Source of the DNA: Dromiciops gliroides
Lineage: Eukaryota
Reading direction: 5' to 3'
Length of the DNA stretch: 64,000 nt
Assembly (NCBI RefSeq): GCF_019393635.1
Contig: NC_057861.1
Span: 633,076,827 to 633,140,826, forward strand
In this document: positions 38,295-50,010 of the stretch, in pieces
Numbering within the stretch: position 1 is the stretch's first letter
Layout of the letters: every line of letters starts with the position of its first letter
Program-made: the position numbers and the translations under genes
The notes under the pieces: model-generated
Told to the model about the DNA's origin: nothing
The model's input: the letters and a program-made list of their open reading frames with translations, nothing else
Databases searched by the model: none

Positions 38295-38413
38295 ACATGA
38301 GGCTCAGAGATTGGAGCAGGAGGCTCGGGGGCGGCTGGAGCGACAGAAAGATCTTGGACCAAGCAGAAGCCGAGAAAGGCTCGAAAGGAGCTGCTGCTAC
38401 TCGAAGCAGAGAG
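38295..38413 (+). CDS. MVP: MVP coding exon 11 (HEAQRLEQEARGRLERQK ILDQAEAEK ARKELLLLEAE) — two +1 indels at A-runs
   Basis: Acceptor tcag at 38291-38294, donor GTAAGG at 38414. Conserved peptide is read in three successive frames, shifting at cagAAAgat and gagAAAggc. Confidence 0.7.
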
Positions 38414-38427
38414 GTAAGGAGGGAGGA

Positions 38428-38590
38428 AGGCGGCTGGGTGGTGCAGCTGATGGTGAGCTGGGCCTGGAGTCAGAAAGATCATCATCCTGAGTTCAAATCT
38501 GTCTTCAGACATGAGCCCTGTGACCCTGGACACTTAATCCTGTCTGCACCTGTAAAATGAGTGGGAGAAGGAAAATGGCAAGTCATTCTG
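38428..38590 (+). mobile_element. SINE (long subfamily) inserted about 15 bp downstream of the MVP exon 11 splice donor
   Basis: GAAGGCGGCTGGGTGGTGCAGCTGATGG…GAGTTCAAATCTG…cctgtaaaatgagtggg… with A-rich tail. Confidence 0.65.
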
Positions 38591-38774
38591 TTATCTTTGC
38601 CAAAAAAAAAGAACATATTGGAGTCAGAAAGCATCAGACATGCCGGAATAACAAGGAGAGAAGAGGAAGAAAGGCTAGAGAATGCAAAGCCTTTTCCTCT
38701 GGCTGTCAACTCTCAGCCTCCTGTTACTCTTAGCTTCATCCAGTGTCACCAAGCATTAAAAAAAACTTAAGCTT

Positions 38775-38939
38775 GGGGCAGCTAGGTGGTGCAGTGGATA
38801 GAGCACCAGCCCTGGAGTCAGGAGGACCTGAGTTCAAATTCGGCCTCAGACACTTAACACTTACTAGCTGTGTGACCCTGGGCAAGTCACTTAACCCCAG
38901 TTGCCTCACTAAAAAAACAAAAACAAAAAACAAAAAAAA
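38775..38939 (+). mobile_element. tRNA-derived SINE copy
   Basis: Consensus; perfect TSD AAAAAACTTAAGCTT. Confidence 0.9.
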
Positions 38940-39019
38940 CTTAAGCTTACTCATCAACCAAAACAATAAAATGAACATACAAAAGAAATGGCAAAAACCT
39001 TATTGAATCTTCCCATACC

Positions 39020-39170
39020 TTTTTTTTTTTTTTTGGTGAGGCAATTGGGGTTAAGTGACTTGCCAGGGTCACACAGTTAGTAAGTGTCAAGTGTCTGAGG
39101 CTGGATTTGAACGCAGGTCCTCCTGACTCCAGGGCCAGTGTTCTATCCACTGCACCACGCGAGCTGCCCC
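39020..39170 (-). mobile_element. tRNA-derived SINE copy
   Basis: Reverse consensus. Confidence 0.8.
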
Positions 39171-39864
39171 TCATCCCTGTTTGACAAAACAGAACCAAAA
39201 GAAAGTAACAAAAGTACCAGCAGAACAAGATTTTTTGTGGCCCTTTCTAAGCCTATCAGAAAATCCTACCACCTTTTGGCAATTTTCCTTACCTTTGGGG
39301 TTTTTGGGGTTTTTTTTTTGATATACCAGTTGTTGATGTGTACACAGTTTTGATTCTGCTAATGTTAGTTTGTATCCCCTCATTTGTCTTTCCATAATTC
39401 CTTAGGTCACATTGTTTTTCTTTTATTTTAAAAGCACTTTAGTATTCCATTACATAAGATATTACAATTTACTCCCCTATTTTCCAACTCTTGGCCATAT
39501 GAGTTACTTCATTTCATTCCTGTATACCTAGCACGCTCTCTCCCCTGAGCTCCCTTCCATCAATCCTACTGAAATGTCCTACCAGTTCCTCAGACTCGTC
39601 TTCCAAACTAAACTCATCAGATTTCCCCTGAATCTGTGTCTCCTCCCAAACTCCCTGTTTCTGTTGACACCATAATCTTCTCCAGGCTCTCCCCCTGGGC
39701 AATATTTTCCTTCAACTCGGGAAAGGGAGAATAAAAGGAATGCCAAGGGAGAATGGACAAAACTTGGCAACCAATTGACCACTGCAGTGTGGTGAGCGGG
39801 GCGGGGGAGGGGGGGAGATCTAGGAAAGAAGAAAAAGGAATCAGAGATGTGAAGTTTCAGATCT

Positions 39865-40044
39865 TTTTTTCTTCCTTCTTTTTTTTTTTAATTAATTAAT
39901 TTTTAGTGAGGGCAATTGCGGTTAGAGTGACTTGCCCCAGGGTCACACAGCTAGTAAGTGTTAAGTGTCTGAGGCTGGCTTTGAACTCAGGTACTCCTGA
40001 CTCCAGGGCTGGTGCTCTATCCACTGCCCCACCTAACGCTGCCT
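39865..40044 (-). mobile_element. tRNA-derived SINE copy
   Basis: Reverse consensus; TSD TTTTTTCTTCCTTCTT. Confidence 0.8.
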
Positions 40045-40822
40045 TTTTTCTTCCTTCTTAAAGGCATACCCTCTTCCCCCAGTCATCATTCTGTCCCATC
40101 TATTGCCAAGGTCTTTTCAGGTTCTCCAAGCATTTCTTGCCTTCTTCCTTTTATCTCCACTTTTCCCTATCATTACTCTGATTTGTTAAGCACTTTGCCT
40201 GGATTATTATAGCCTCTTAACTGGTTTCCCTGCCTCCAGACTCTCCCATCATCTCCAATCTATCCTTCCTATGGCTGCCAAAATCATCTTTATGATGCAT
40301 GGGGCTCTGATGCCAGTCTGCTGCTTATAGAAACCTCTATGGATCTCCATTTCCTCTAGGGTAAAATAGAAACTCCTTTAGCCTGGTATGGAAAGGCCCT
40401 CCATGGGTCTGGTTTCCAACCGACCTTATTCAGTCCTTATTTCATAATTCTTTTTTTCACAGAAGGGATTTTCTGGCCAGAGTGGACTGTTCCTGATCTC
40501 TACTTGTGCTCATTTGCTTCTATGTATTTGAACAGACCATCCTCCATTCCTTTCCTTGTTTCAGTCTGTTAATCCTCTGATATGATAGCTCACTCCTCCA
40601 AGAAGCCTTCCCTGATTCCAGCCAAAAGTGATCACTCTTGTCTCAAGTTCTTCTGGGTTACTGTGGGTCTCTCCTTTTCTCCTCTCTCCTCTTTTTTTTT
40701 CTCCTTTTCTCTTTTAGTATTCTGCCTATTCTCCTATATCAGTTTTGCAAATCAGTTCCCCAATGTTGGGGTTTATGTGTTCTGGAGAGCAGGGGCTTTG
40801 TGTAATGCCTGTCTTGTGCCAA

Positions 40823-40990
40823 CTTTTTTGTTTTGTTTTGTTTTGTTTTTGTGGGGCAATTCGGGTTAAGTGGACTTGCCCCAGGTCACACAGCTTAGTA
40901 ATTGTCAAGTGTCTAAGGCCACATTTGAACTCAGGTCCACCTGAATCCAAGCTGGTGCTTTATCCATTGCACCACCTAGCTGCCGCCTTG
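40823..40990 (-). mobile_element. tRNA-derived SINE copy
   Basis: Reverse consensus; TSD CTTGTGCCAACTTTT. Confidence 0.8.
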
Positions 40991-41754
40991 TGCCACTTTT
41001 TAAAATTATCAAGCGTTTCTTTTCTCTTCCTTTCCTGGGTGGAAAAAAGGAAAGAAATATAAAACCCTTGTAATATATAAGCATAGTTAGTAAAACAATT
41101 TTGCACGTTGTCAATCCAAAAAATGTGTCTCTCTATTCCTTAGTCCATCATCTCCCCATTGTGAGGTGGCTTTCAGATATGTATTTGTTTTTATAATGTT
41201 GATATTCCTGTATAAATTGTTCTCCTGTTTCTGTTCACTTTCATAGAAATCTTCCCAGGTTTCTCTGAAACCATCCCCTCCGTTGTTTCTTACAGCATAA
41301 TAGCATTCCTAGCACATTCATGTACCATAATGTGTTCCTCTATTTCCTTTGTGTGATGGGCCCCACTCAATTTCCAATTCTTCATGACCACAAAAAGAAC
41401 TATATATAATACTGTGTGTATATGTTTTTTTCCTACATGCCTAGTTAGGATTTGCTTTGCTTTAGGACAGATCTTCCCTTAACCTACTCTCCCTCTTATT
41501 TCTGCATCTTCCTCTTCTGTTTCCTTCCAGTTTCCCTGTTGAGTGAAATGAACTGTATGTGTGTCGTCTTCCCTCCTTTGACCAACTTAGATAAGAATGA
41601 GCATCCAGATCCTCTAACCATTGAAAGAATTTTCCCTAACTTTCCTTGCGTTCTTCCCCCATTCCACTTGAAAGAATTCCTCTTTGTCTCTCCATTCTTC
41701 TTTTAAGATCAAGAGGTACCAAACCACTCCCAGACCTTCTGTCTAAATACATTC

Positions 41755-41906
41755 TCTTTTTTTTTTTGGGCGGGGCAGTGGGGGGTTAAGTGACCTTGCC
41801 AGGGTCACACAGCTAGTAAATGTCAAGTGTCTGAGGCTGGATTTGAACTCAGGTCCTCCTGACTCCAAGGCCAGTGCTTTATCCACTGCGCCACCTAGCT
41901 GCCCCT
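41755..41906 (-). mobile_element. tRNA-derived SINE copy
   Basis: Reverse consensus; TSD TAAATASATTCTCT. Confidence 0.8.
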
Positions 41907-42240
41907 AAATAGATTCTCTCTGTGACCCCTGTGATGACATATGTCATCTCCCCATGTTAGAATGCCAGGCCATTTATTCTTGCTTAGTCCCTTATGATTG
42001 TTCTTCATATTTACCTTTTTGTTTCTCTGAATTCCCATGTTTGCACTTTGAAGTTTTATACTGCTCCAGTCTTTTTCATCAGAAAAGCTTGGATGTACTG
42101 TTTCATTAAAAATCCATTTTCCCCTTTAATAATTATACGGAATTTTAGTTGGGTAATTTATTATTGGCTTAGAGCCTATACACACATACACATGTACATG
42201 TGTGTATTCATGTACAGGTATAACGTGTATGTCATCTGCG

Positions 42241-42242
<2 letters not shown>

Positions 42243-42274
<32 letters not shown>
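42243..42274. repeat. (GT)n microsatellite, about 16 units
   Basis: gtgtgtgt… run. Confidence 0.95.
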
Positions 42275-42276
<2 letters not shown>

Positions 42277-42299
42277 CTTTTGCTTCTGCAATATTGTAT

Positions 42300-43690
42300 T
42301 CAAAGTTCTCCACTCTTTTACAATGATGGCTGCTAATTTTTTTTTGTGTTTTTTTGGTGCTAATTCTTAATTGATCCTGACTAGGGTTCCTTATCGCTTG
42401 AATTCTTTCTTTCTGGCTACTTGTAGTAATATTTTCTTTGACCAGGAAGCTGTAGATTTGGCAAAAATGTTCATGAGAGTTTTCATTTCGGAGTCTGTTT
42501 TGGGAGATGACCAGTAAATCCTTTTCAGCTTCTACTTTGCCTTGTGGTGCTAAGAGATCTGGGCAATTTTTTTTTATAATGACTTATTGAAATAGGGTTG
42601 CCTTATGGGCTCTTTTTTTTTTCTTATTTTTTTTCCTCAGTCTGTTTTCTAGTTCCAGTTGTGTTTTTGCTATGAGATTACATTTTCTATTTTTTTTTTC
42701 AGTCTTGATTATTTTACTATTTTTCTTTGCCTTGTGGAGCATTGACTTCTATTTGGGTCCATTTTAATTTTCAGGGCTATTTTGTTGCTCAAAGCTTTGT
42801 ACCTCTTGTGTCAATCTGTTAATTCCCTTTCTAATCTATTTTTTTTCCTGTAGTCTCATTTATTTTCCCATTTTTCTTCCTCTAGGCTTCTCATTCATTT
42901 ATAAAAACCCATTTTTAAGCTAAAAAAAAAAACCCTAACCTATATTTCTCCTAGAAATTCTAGTTGATTTGTGCCCAAATTGTGTTTTTTCCTCTGAAAC
43001 ATTGCTTGCAGATGTTTCAGAGCCCTCATCTTCTTCTGGGTTTGTATCTTGAATGCCCCCTATCACCATAATAGCTTTTCATGGTTGGATTATTTTTTAT
43101 TGTTCCTTGTTTGCTCATTCTTCCAGCCAACTCCCTTACTTCAAATTTGATGTTTAGGGCTGGGCTGTGTTCACTTCTAGGGAGTAAGTAGACTCTCTTG
43201 GGATAATGAGTGTTGTGTTATTCTAGGCATTCAGAGAAAATTCAAGCTGGGTTCCCCTAAGCTTTCAGTACTCCCAGAGCTGATCAGTGCCCCACCCTCT
43301 ACAAGTTTCTGACTTGGGTTTAGATCTGAGCAACAGTAGACAGCTGCTGGACTTAGCCCCTCTCAATCATTGGGAAGCTCTGTTACTTCAGAGTGACAGA
43401 ACTGCAGGCTCCCTTTGGTCTGGGCTTTCTGCCCTGGTTATTCTGCATGCTTCAGGCTGGAATAGATGTTAGAATTGAAACCCTACTTTGGTCCTAGGGT
43501 CTGAGCCACACACACACAACTTGCTGCTGTCTGATTTGCAGTCTAGGCCCTTCAAATATTCCATACTCTAGAACACCACCCCTAGGCACAGGTCCCCCTC
43601 CTCAGTCTGCCCTGGATCTATGACCTGAAACTGTGTAGTGAGTAACAAAGTTGCCAACTGGCACCTGTTCCCACCCCTTGTAAAAAAAAT
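42300..43690 (-). mobile_element. Probable L1 5' portion (reverse orientation) in MVP intron 11
   Basis: T-rich strand with L1-like ORF fragments on the reverse complement; low certainty. Confidence 0.35.
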
Positions 43691-44739
43691 TATTAATAAG
43701 CTAATCAGGTCTGGAAAATGATATAATTTTGGATTTAGGAAAAATTATAACATTAGGAAAAATTATAATTTGGCCATAAGCCCTGCCGCGCGGTCGCCAT
43801 TAAAATGTAGAAATATTTCGACTGACTAGCTGAGCCTAATTTTGGGGGGACTAAACTGTGGATGACTAATCTGGGGACTTTTGACTAACTGTGTGCTATC
43901 TGACTGCTATTAATTTAATGTGGGCCGTTTATAAGTTCCACCACACAGCTCCCAAACTGATAAGCAAAATATTAAGAAGGCTCTTAATCTAAATAATAAA
44001 AGCAGAGTTTATTTATGATATACTATTTAAAATTAGAATACAGGGAAATAAAAATGTACAACTGACTGCTTTCCTGTGTCTCTTTCCATTGTCTCTTTCC
44101 CACCTGCTGCTCTATGAACTTCTTGAATACAATAAGGGCCTTAGCTGCCTCCGGCCTCAGGGCACGTTACACTTTATTCTAACTCCCAGCCCCTTTCGCT
44201 TTGTAAATCCCCTGCTTCTAACTTTCCTCTCCTTACTGCCACCACTGAACCCCTGTGTTTCTCCTCTCACCAACCTTCTGTCTGCTCTGTCAGTCTGCCC
44301 TTCAGCCCCTTTTCTCTGCTCCTGGTCCTTCTCATCTTCTCCTGCGTCTTGTAGCCCCGTCTCTAGTCCGATTGGAACTGCTCCATCCTTGTCCGCCCCC
44401 CTTGCTGTCTAACTCCCAGGTCTATATATACCTTTCTTATCTCCAACTCAAATCTTGGGGGCTTTTTGCGCCCCCACAGACCAAGCTAATCTGGTAGCCA
44501 GGGCTTCGGCTGGTGGTGGGGAGGGGGGGGTGCTCCAGCTTCACGTGCCTCAGCACAGGCTACGCCGAGAGCCCAGCATCTCTCAGATACCTCTGCTCAG
44601 GTCAGAGGGAACTGGGGGCTTTGTCCCCCCAGCTGTCTGACCCTGGCATCTTGTACAGCCCACTGGGCTTTTTTGGCTCAGCTGAAGCTGAGGAGGAGGG
44701 GAAGAGACCCTGAGGGCCTTAGATTTTCTAATCTTAGCC

Positions 44740-46100
44740 TAAAGGTAGGGTCCCCAAATCAAAAATAAATTTCCACACTCTTCAGTGCCCTGGTATGGGT
44801 CTGAGACCCCTCTCTCCAGGTGTACATCTTCCCTGCGCTACAGTGCTCCCCATGACACCGTCCTGGTCAGACCCCTTCCTCAAGATCCACAGAATTTTTT
44901 TGTCTATCTCCCTGTGCTGACCTAGACTGGAATAATGATTCACCGTGATTTTTTTTTCCTCCAATTTCACCATCAGGGTTGGGTCTTGTGCTTTTTCTAG
45001 ATCTTTTCAGAAGAGATGGGGAGAAGGGAGCTTGCTGTACTTCTTCCTGCTGTCCTAACATCTTGGCTCCACCTTCCCCAAATTGATTCCCAGACTGGCT
45101 GGACCAATTTACAACTTTACTAACAGGACATCAATGTGCCTGTTTTCCCACAGCCCCTCCAATATTTGGTTTTGGGTTTTTTTTCCCTTTTTTTTTTTTC
45201 AGCTTTATCAATCTGAGGAATTGCTTTCATTTGTATCTCTAATTATTAGTGATTTGGGGCATTTTTTCATATGGCTATAGAAAACCTGGGATCTTCCCTT
45301 GAGGACTGCTTGTTCGTGTCCTTTTTCCTTTATCATTGGGGAATGACTTTTATTTTTTATAAATGTAAATCAATGGCTTATATCTTGGAAATGAGGTCCT
45401 TTTTCAAAAAAACTTGCTGCAAAGATTTTTCTTTCCAGTTAACGGCTTTCCTTCTGATCTAAGCTGTATTTGTATGTAATCAAAATTGTCCATTTAATCT
45501 GTGACCTCTTCCCCTATCCATAGATCCTAAAGGTAATGTCTTTCTTATCCCTCTGATTTGTTTATTGATGTGTTGTCTTACCTAGGTCAGGTATCCATTT
45601 AGAGCTTATCTTGGTTTCAAGATATGAGGTGCTGATCTGGAACCCATTTTCTTCAGGTCAGCTGTCCAGGTTTTCTTTTCTTTTCTTTTTCTTTTTAAAA
45701 AAATATTATTTAAAAAACAAAAACAAATGAAGGGGGCAGCTAGGTGGCACAGTGGAAAAGGCACTGGCCTTAGATTCAAGAGGACCTGAGTTCGAATCTG
45801 ACCTCAGACACTTGACACTTACTAGCTGTGTGACCCTGGGCAAGTCACCTAACCCTCATTGCTCCACCCCCCAAAAAAACAAAAACAAAACATATTATTT
45901 GTTTTCAAGCATTCTTTTTGTTAAATTTTGAGTTCTGAATTCTCTCCCTCCCTCCAGTCCCTCCCCGACCCATTGAGAAGGCAAGCAATTATACATGTTT
46001 ATACATTATACACGCAAATGCTGTCCAGTTTTCTCAAGTTTTTGTCAGTGAGCTCTTGTCTCAGTAGCAGGGTCTTTGGGTTTATTGAATGAACCCTAAG
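44740..46100 (+). mobile_element. L1 ORF2 C-terminal region plus 3' end, with a nested SINE at 45733-45892
   Basis: Translations of 45080-45700 resemble the L1 ORF2 C-terminus (…FHMAIENLGSSLEDCLFVSFFLYHWGMTFIF…). Confidence 0.5.
45733..45892 (+). mobile_element. tRNA-derived SINE nested in L1
   Basis: Consensus; TSD AAAAACAAAAACAAA. Confidence 0.85.
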
Positions 46101-46272
46101 CCACCATTCTTCTTTGCTTCTGTGTGATGCCTCACCTAGCACTTATCAATAAATGATGAACTGAATTAATTGAAGAAGCAGCTAGTCAGTAGGGGGGAGG
46201 AAGTGTCAGGTAGGGATGGGCAGGAGAAGATGTTTCTTTCCATGGATCTCATCCAACTCTTTCCTTCCCAAG

Positions 46273-46398
46273 CACTGCTGTGGAAAGCACTGGAGCTGCC
46301 AAGGCAGAGGCGGCGTCCCGGCGGAGGCTGCTCGGATTGAGGGAGAAGGAGCCATACTCCAGGCCAAGCTGAAAGCGGAGGCCTTAGCCATAGAAACG
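46273..46398 (+). CDS. MVP: MVP coding exon 12 (TAVESTGAAKAEAAS R… AEAARIEGEGAILQAKLKAEALAIET) — one -1 indel (cccggcgg)
   Basis: Acceptor cccaag at 46267-46272, donor GTGAGT at 46399. Conserved peptide read in two frames switching at about 46318; in-frame TGA then TAG follow if unshifted. Confidence 0.7.
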
Positions 46399-46899
46399 GT
46401 GAGTGGAAGCACCTTTAAAGGAAGGAGAACTCTTCTGTCCTAAGAGAAGATTCCTGGTTTGAGCCAAAGCAAAAGAGAAGGGAAGGGGAAATATGGCGTC
46501 TTCCCCACAATTGTCACTGTCTCCTTCAAACTCATTCCCACTTTTGGTGCTTGGCTCCTGCTAAGGAGCTCAATGTGGAATGGCTCTCCTGGCTTATCTT
46601 CCAAGGCTCAGCTAAATTCACATGCAGAAAACCTTTCTGGACACACTAACCTTTAGAGACCAGCCCTCTTTTTCTGCCTTTCTGGAGCAAGTGTATTTCT
46701 GCTATACCATTTAGGCATTTGATCATGCCCCCATTCTCTAATCTCTGTCTGTATTTGCTATGCATGTGTTTTTATCCATCCTCGAGGTCCAGGAGACATC
46801 TACCTCTCCAGCAGTGCACAAGGGCAAGGCACTGATTAGGATAGCTGCCTCTGTTGTCCCTTAGGGCTTGGCGTGACTGATTGCATTCCTCTCTCTCAG

Positions 46900-47091
46900 G
46901 AGGCAGAGTTACGTCGGGTGCAAAAAAGCCAGGGAACAGGTGAACTCAACTATACTAAGGCCCAGATGGAGCTGGAACTGAACAGGGCAGAGAAATGGCT
47001 GAAGTAGAAGTTAAAAAGTTCAAGTTGATGACAGAGGCGCTGGGCCACCAGCACTATCAGGGACCTTGCAGTAGCTGGGCCTGAACTACAG
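46900..47091 (+). CDS. MVP: MVP coding exon 13 (EAELRRVQK…AEVEVKKFKLMTEALG…IRDLAVAGPELQ) — two compensating indels with intervening stops
   Basis: Acceptor ctctcag at 46893-46899, donor GTAAGC at 47092. -1 at about 46965 and +1 at about 47045; TAG and TGA lie in the nominal frame between them. Confidence 0.7.
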
Positions 47092-47392
47092 GTAAGCACA
47101 GCCAGGAGAAGAGGGAGGAGGCTGCTCTGGTTTAGGAGTAGGCAATACCAGGGAGATCTGTTGGAAAGGGAAGTCTTGGCAACACAAAGAACATTCTGCT
47201 GTCCCAGTTGGAAAAGATGTCTTCCTGAGGGCCAGAGTCATGTGTGTTTTGGGTGGGGAAGGAAGAAAATTACCAATGATCTGACTGGTAGTTCTGAGTT
47301 CTAGGGATGCCTTTGGACCTCTTTGTAAAACAAAGAGGTTCAAGTAGAGATAGGTCCCTAAGGTCCTGTTCACCTTTAATGTTACTTGATAC

Positions 47393-47550
47393 TGGGGGGC
47401 AGCTAGATGGTGCAGTGGATAAAGCACCAGCCCTGGATTCAGTAGGACCTGAGTTCAAATCCAGCCTCAGATACTTGACACTTACTAGCTGTGTGACCCT
47501 GGGCAAGTCACTTACCCTGATTGCCCTGCCCAAAAAAAAGAAAGAAAAAG
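47393..47550 (+). mobile_element. tRNA-derived SINE copy (MVP intron 13)
   Basis: Consensus; TSD GTTACTTGATACT. Confidence 0.9.
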
Positions 47551-47772
47551 TTACTTGATACTTGTATAGTAGAAGAGAGTCAGGAACGCCTGTATATTGA
47601 GTCCCTGCTATGTGACCTTAGGCTAGTTAATTAACTCTATTTAGCCAAGAAGACTGTTTCCCTCAGGGATGTAGAAAACTTAGAGATCTGATTAAAGGAA
47701 TTATTTTCTAAGGTTCCTTCTAGCTCTAACATTTTATCATCCCATCATTTTTTATTTCCTTCTCTATCATAG

Positions 47773-47894
47773 GTGAACTGCTCCAGGGTCTTGGACTGAA
47801 ATCAACCCTCATTACAGAGGGCTCCACTCCCATCAATCTCTTCAGCACAGCCACTGGGCTTCTGGGGCTTGGGGGCACCTGGGTATCCTACTGA
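47773..47894 (+). CDS. MVP: MVP terminal coding exon ([39 protein letters not shown]) — -1 indel at exon start
   Basis: Acceptor catag at 47768-47772. Conserved peptide is in the +1 frame relative to the phase-0 entry (gtgaa-ctg vs conserved gtcaagctg); TGA at 47892-47894. Confidence 0.65.
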
Positions 47895-48013
47895 GCAAGA
47901 GAGAAAGACATAGGGAAATAGGGATTTCTTCCATACTCCATTGGAGAGTTAAACCACTGTCCTTCCCTGAGCTCCTAGGGAGAAGGCTTTCTATGTTTTA
48001 AGATTTCACTGAA

Positions 48014-48019
48014 AATAAA
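48014..48019 (+). terminator. MVP: MVP polyadenylation signal (AATAAA)
   Basis: gaaAATAAAcc about 120 nt after the stop. Confidence 0.55.
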
Positions 48020-49447
48020 CCTTTTTTCATTTATCTGCTTCTCTCAGTGCTGCCCATCCATTCTTGGGGATTTGAAGGGGGAGAGTGGGGGTGTGGGGGA
48101 GGACAGGCAAGATGCCTGTGATCCAGGAGAAGACCACAGGACTCCCTTATGCTCTCTCTTTTAACTTGGGTAGGCTGCTTGAAGGTAGGTCTACTTTACT
48201 TTTCTCCATTTGTGAGGTGAATTGAGGTTTGTGTGGATCCTGGACAAGTCCCTTGTCACCTCTGAACCTGTTTTCTTCCATGTAAAAGGAGATTGACCCA
48301 GTTCAACGTGGTCCAAAGCCCAGCATCTTTCCCCAACATGTGGAGTTTCCCTCCTCACCTAAGGCAGGGTGAAAGGTAGAAAGGGTGCATCTGTAGAGTA
48401 CCACACTCAAAGCCATCTAATTGAAACCAGAAGAGCACCTGGTTTGGAGTGTCTCACCCCATATACTTTGATTTTGCATTTCTAAAAACTTACTGAGGTC
48501 TGTTGCTAGGGGCTGGAGATATAGGATACTTGAACATAGCCCTGAGGGAGGGGGCCAGGCCTCTGATTCTCTTTTCATAGCCAAAGAACTAACCTGAGGA
48601 TGAGCTGGGGTCCAGGACCCATAATTCTCTTCCTCTATCACTACTCTTTTTACAATAAAGAAAACAGCAGAGAAAAACAAGCTTTGCAAACTAAATCCCA
48701 CAATTCTTCCAAAACATGTTGAAAGTGGGTATTTTTAGTAGTGGAGGTGGTATTTTATATTCTAATGTGTAGGAAAAGAAGGCTTCACAGGTTAGAACAA
48801 TGGTGTTAAGCCAGACTATGATAGTCGTTTCTTTCAGGGTCTGAAGACTTCTCCCCATTATTTTTTCGAAAATTTAGATCCTATCCTTTGTTAGAGAAAA
48901 GCATTGTTTAAGGGGGGATAAAAGTGAAAGGAGGCTGGACTGGATGGGTGACACCTTTAATCCAATCCTATAAAATTTTATAAATCTGGACCTCTTGTGA
49001 TCTGGGGGAAACAAAATTTTTCTTCCCAGGCTCCCAGCTTTGGGATAGTAAAGACAGCAAAATGTCAGACATGCCTCTGCCTTCTAGATTTAGTAGATGA
49101 GTCCTGACTTGCTCAGGCCTCTAGCTAAAAGGTGGTCTTTCTCTGTCCTCTGCCAGATGGGGCAGGAAAGGAAAGAGCCATCCACTCTGCCCACAGATTC
49201 CTTGTGGTCTCATTATATATTGTCCACCGTCTGGCACACACGTGGCATTTTGTAAATTGTTTTTGTTTTGTTTTTTAAGCTAAGACAATTCCAAAGCATT
49301 TCCTTTTGCTCCACACCCTTTCTCCACCTTCAGAGCATTCTTCTCCCAGCTCATGATACAATTGCAGCTTCAGCCCCCTTGTCTGGGTTTTAAGCCCCGT
49401 CCCCCCCCCCCAAAAAAAACCCACAACTGTCCCAGCTCTCCCTATTC

Positions 49448-49596
49448 TTTTTTTCTTTGGTGAGGCTATTGGGATTAAGTGACTTGCCCAGGGTCACACA
49501 GCTAGTAAGTGTCAAGTGTCTGAGGCCGGATTTGAACTCAGGTCCTCCTAAATCCAGGGCCAGTGCTCTATCCACTGCACCACCTAGCTGTCCCTC
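49448..49596 (-). mobile_element. tRNA-derived SINE copy
   Basis: Reverse consensus. Confidence 0.8.
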
Positions 49597-49889
49597 CCTA
49601 TCCTTTCTCTACCCCTGGCTTCAGCTAACTCAGTACAAGATTTCTATGCCCAAGTGCATGGCCTTGAATTCATATCATGTCTTCCATGGGGAAAAGAAGG
49701 GGGTGGGGGGCAATCCTACCCTGTTGTGTATGTTACAAGCCCAGCCCCACCCATCATCCCTATTCCCCTCCTCTCCCCATAAGCAGCACAATTATGGTCA
49801 TTTTCCTGATGGGGAAACAGCTAGACCCATAGTAAGCAGACTTGAACTGAAAGAGCACTAGCCCTGGAATTAAAAGCCTCTGGTTCAAA

Positions 49890-50010
49890 TCCCACCCTCT
49901 TTCTTGCAATCCTCAGGGGCCTCGCTTTCTTCATCTGTAAAATGAGGGGGTTGGACCAGAAAGCCTCTAAGGTCCCATCTAGCTCCAAAGCTAGGATTCT
50001 TTGATTAGTG
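49890..50010 (+). repeat. MIR-type fragment (…ctttcttcatctgtaaaatgaggggg…)
   Basis: MIR core motif. Confidence 0.5.
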
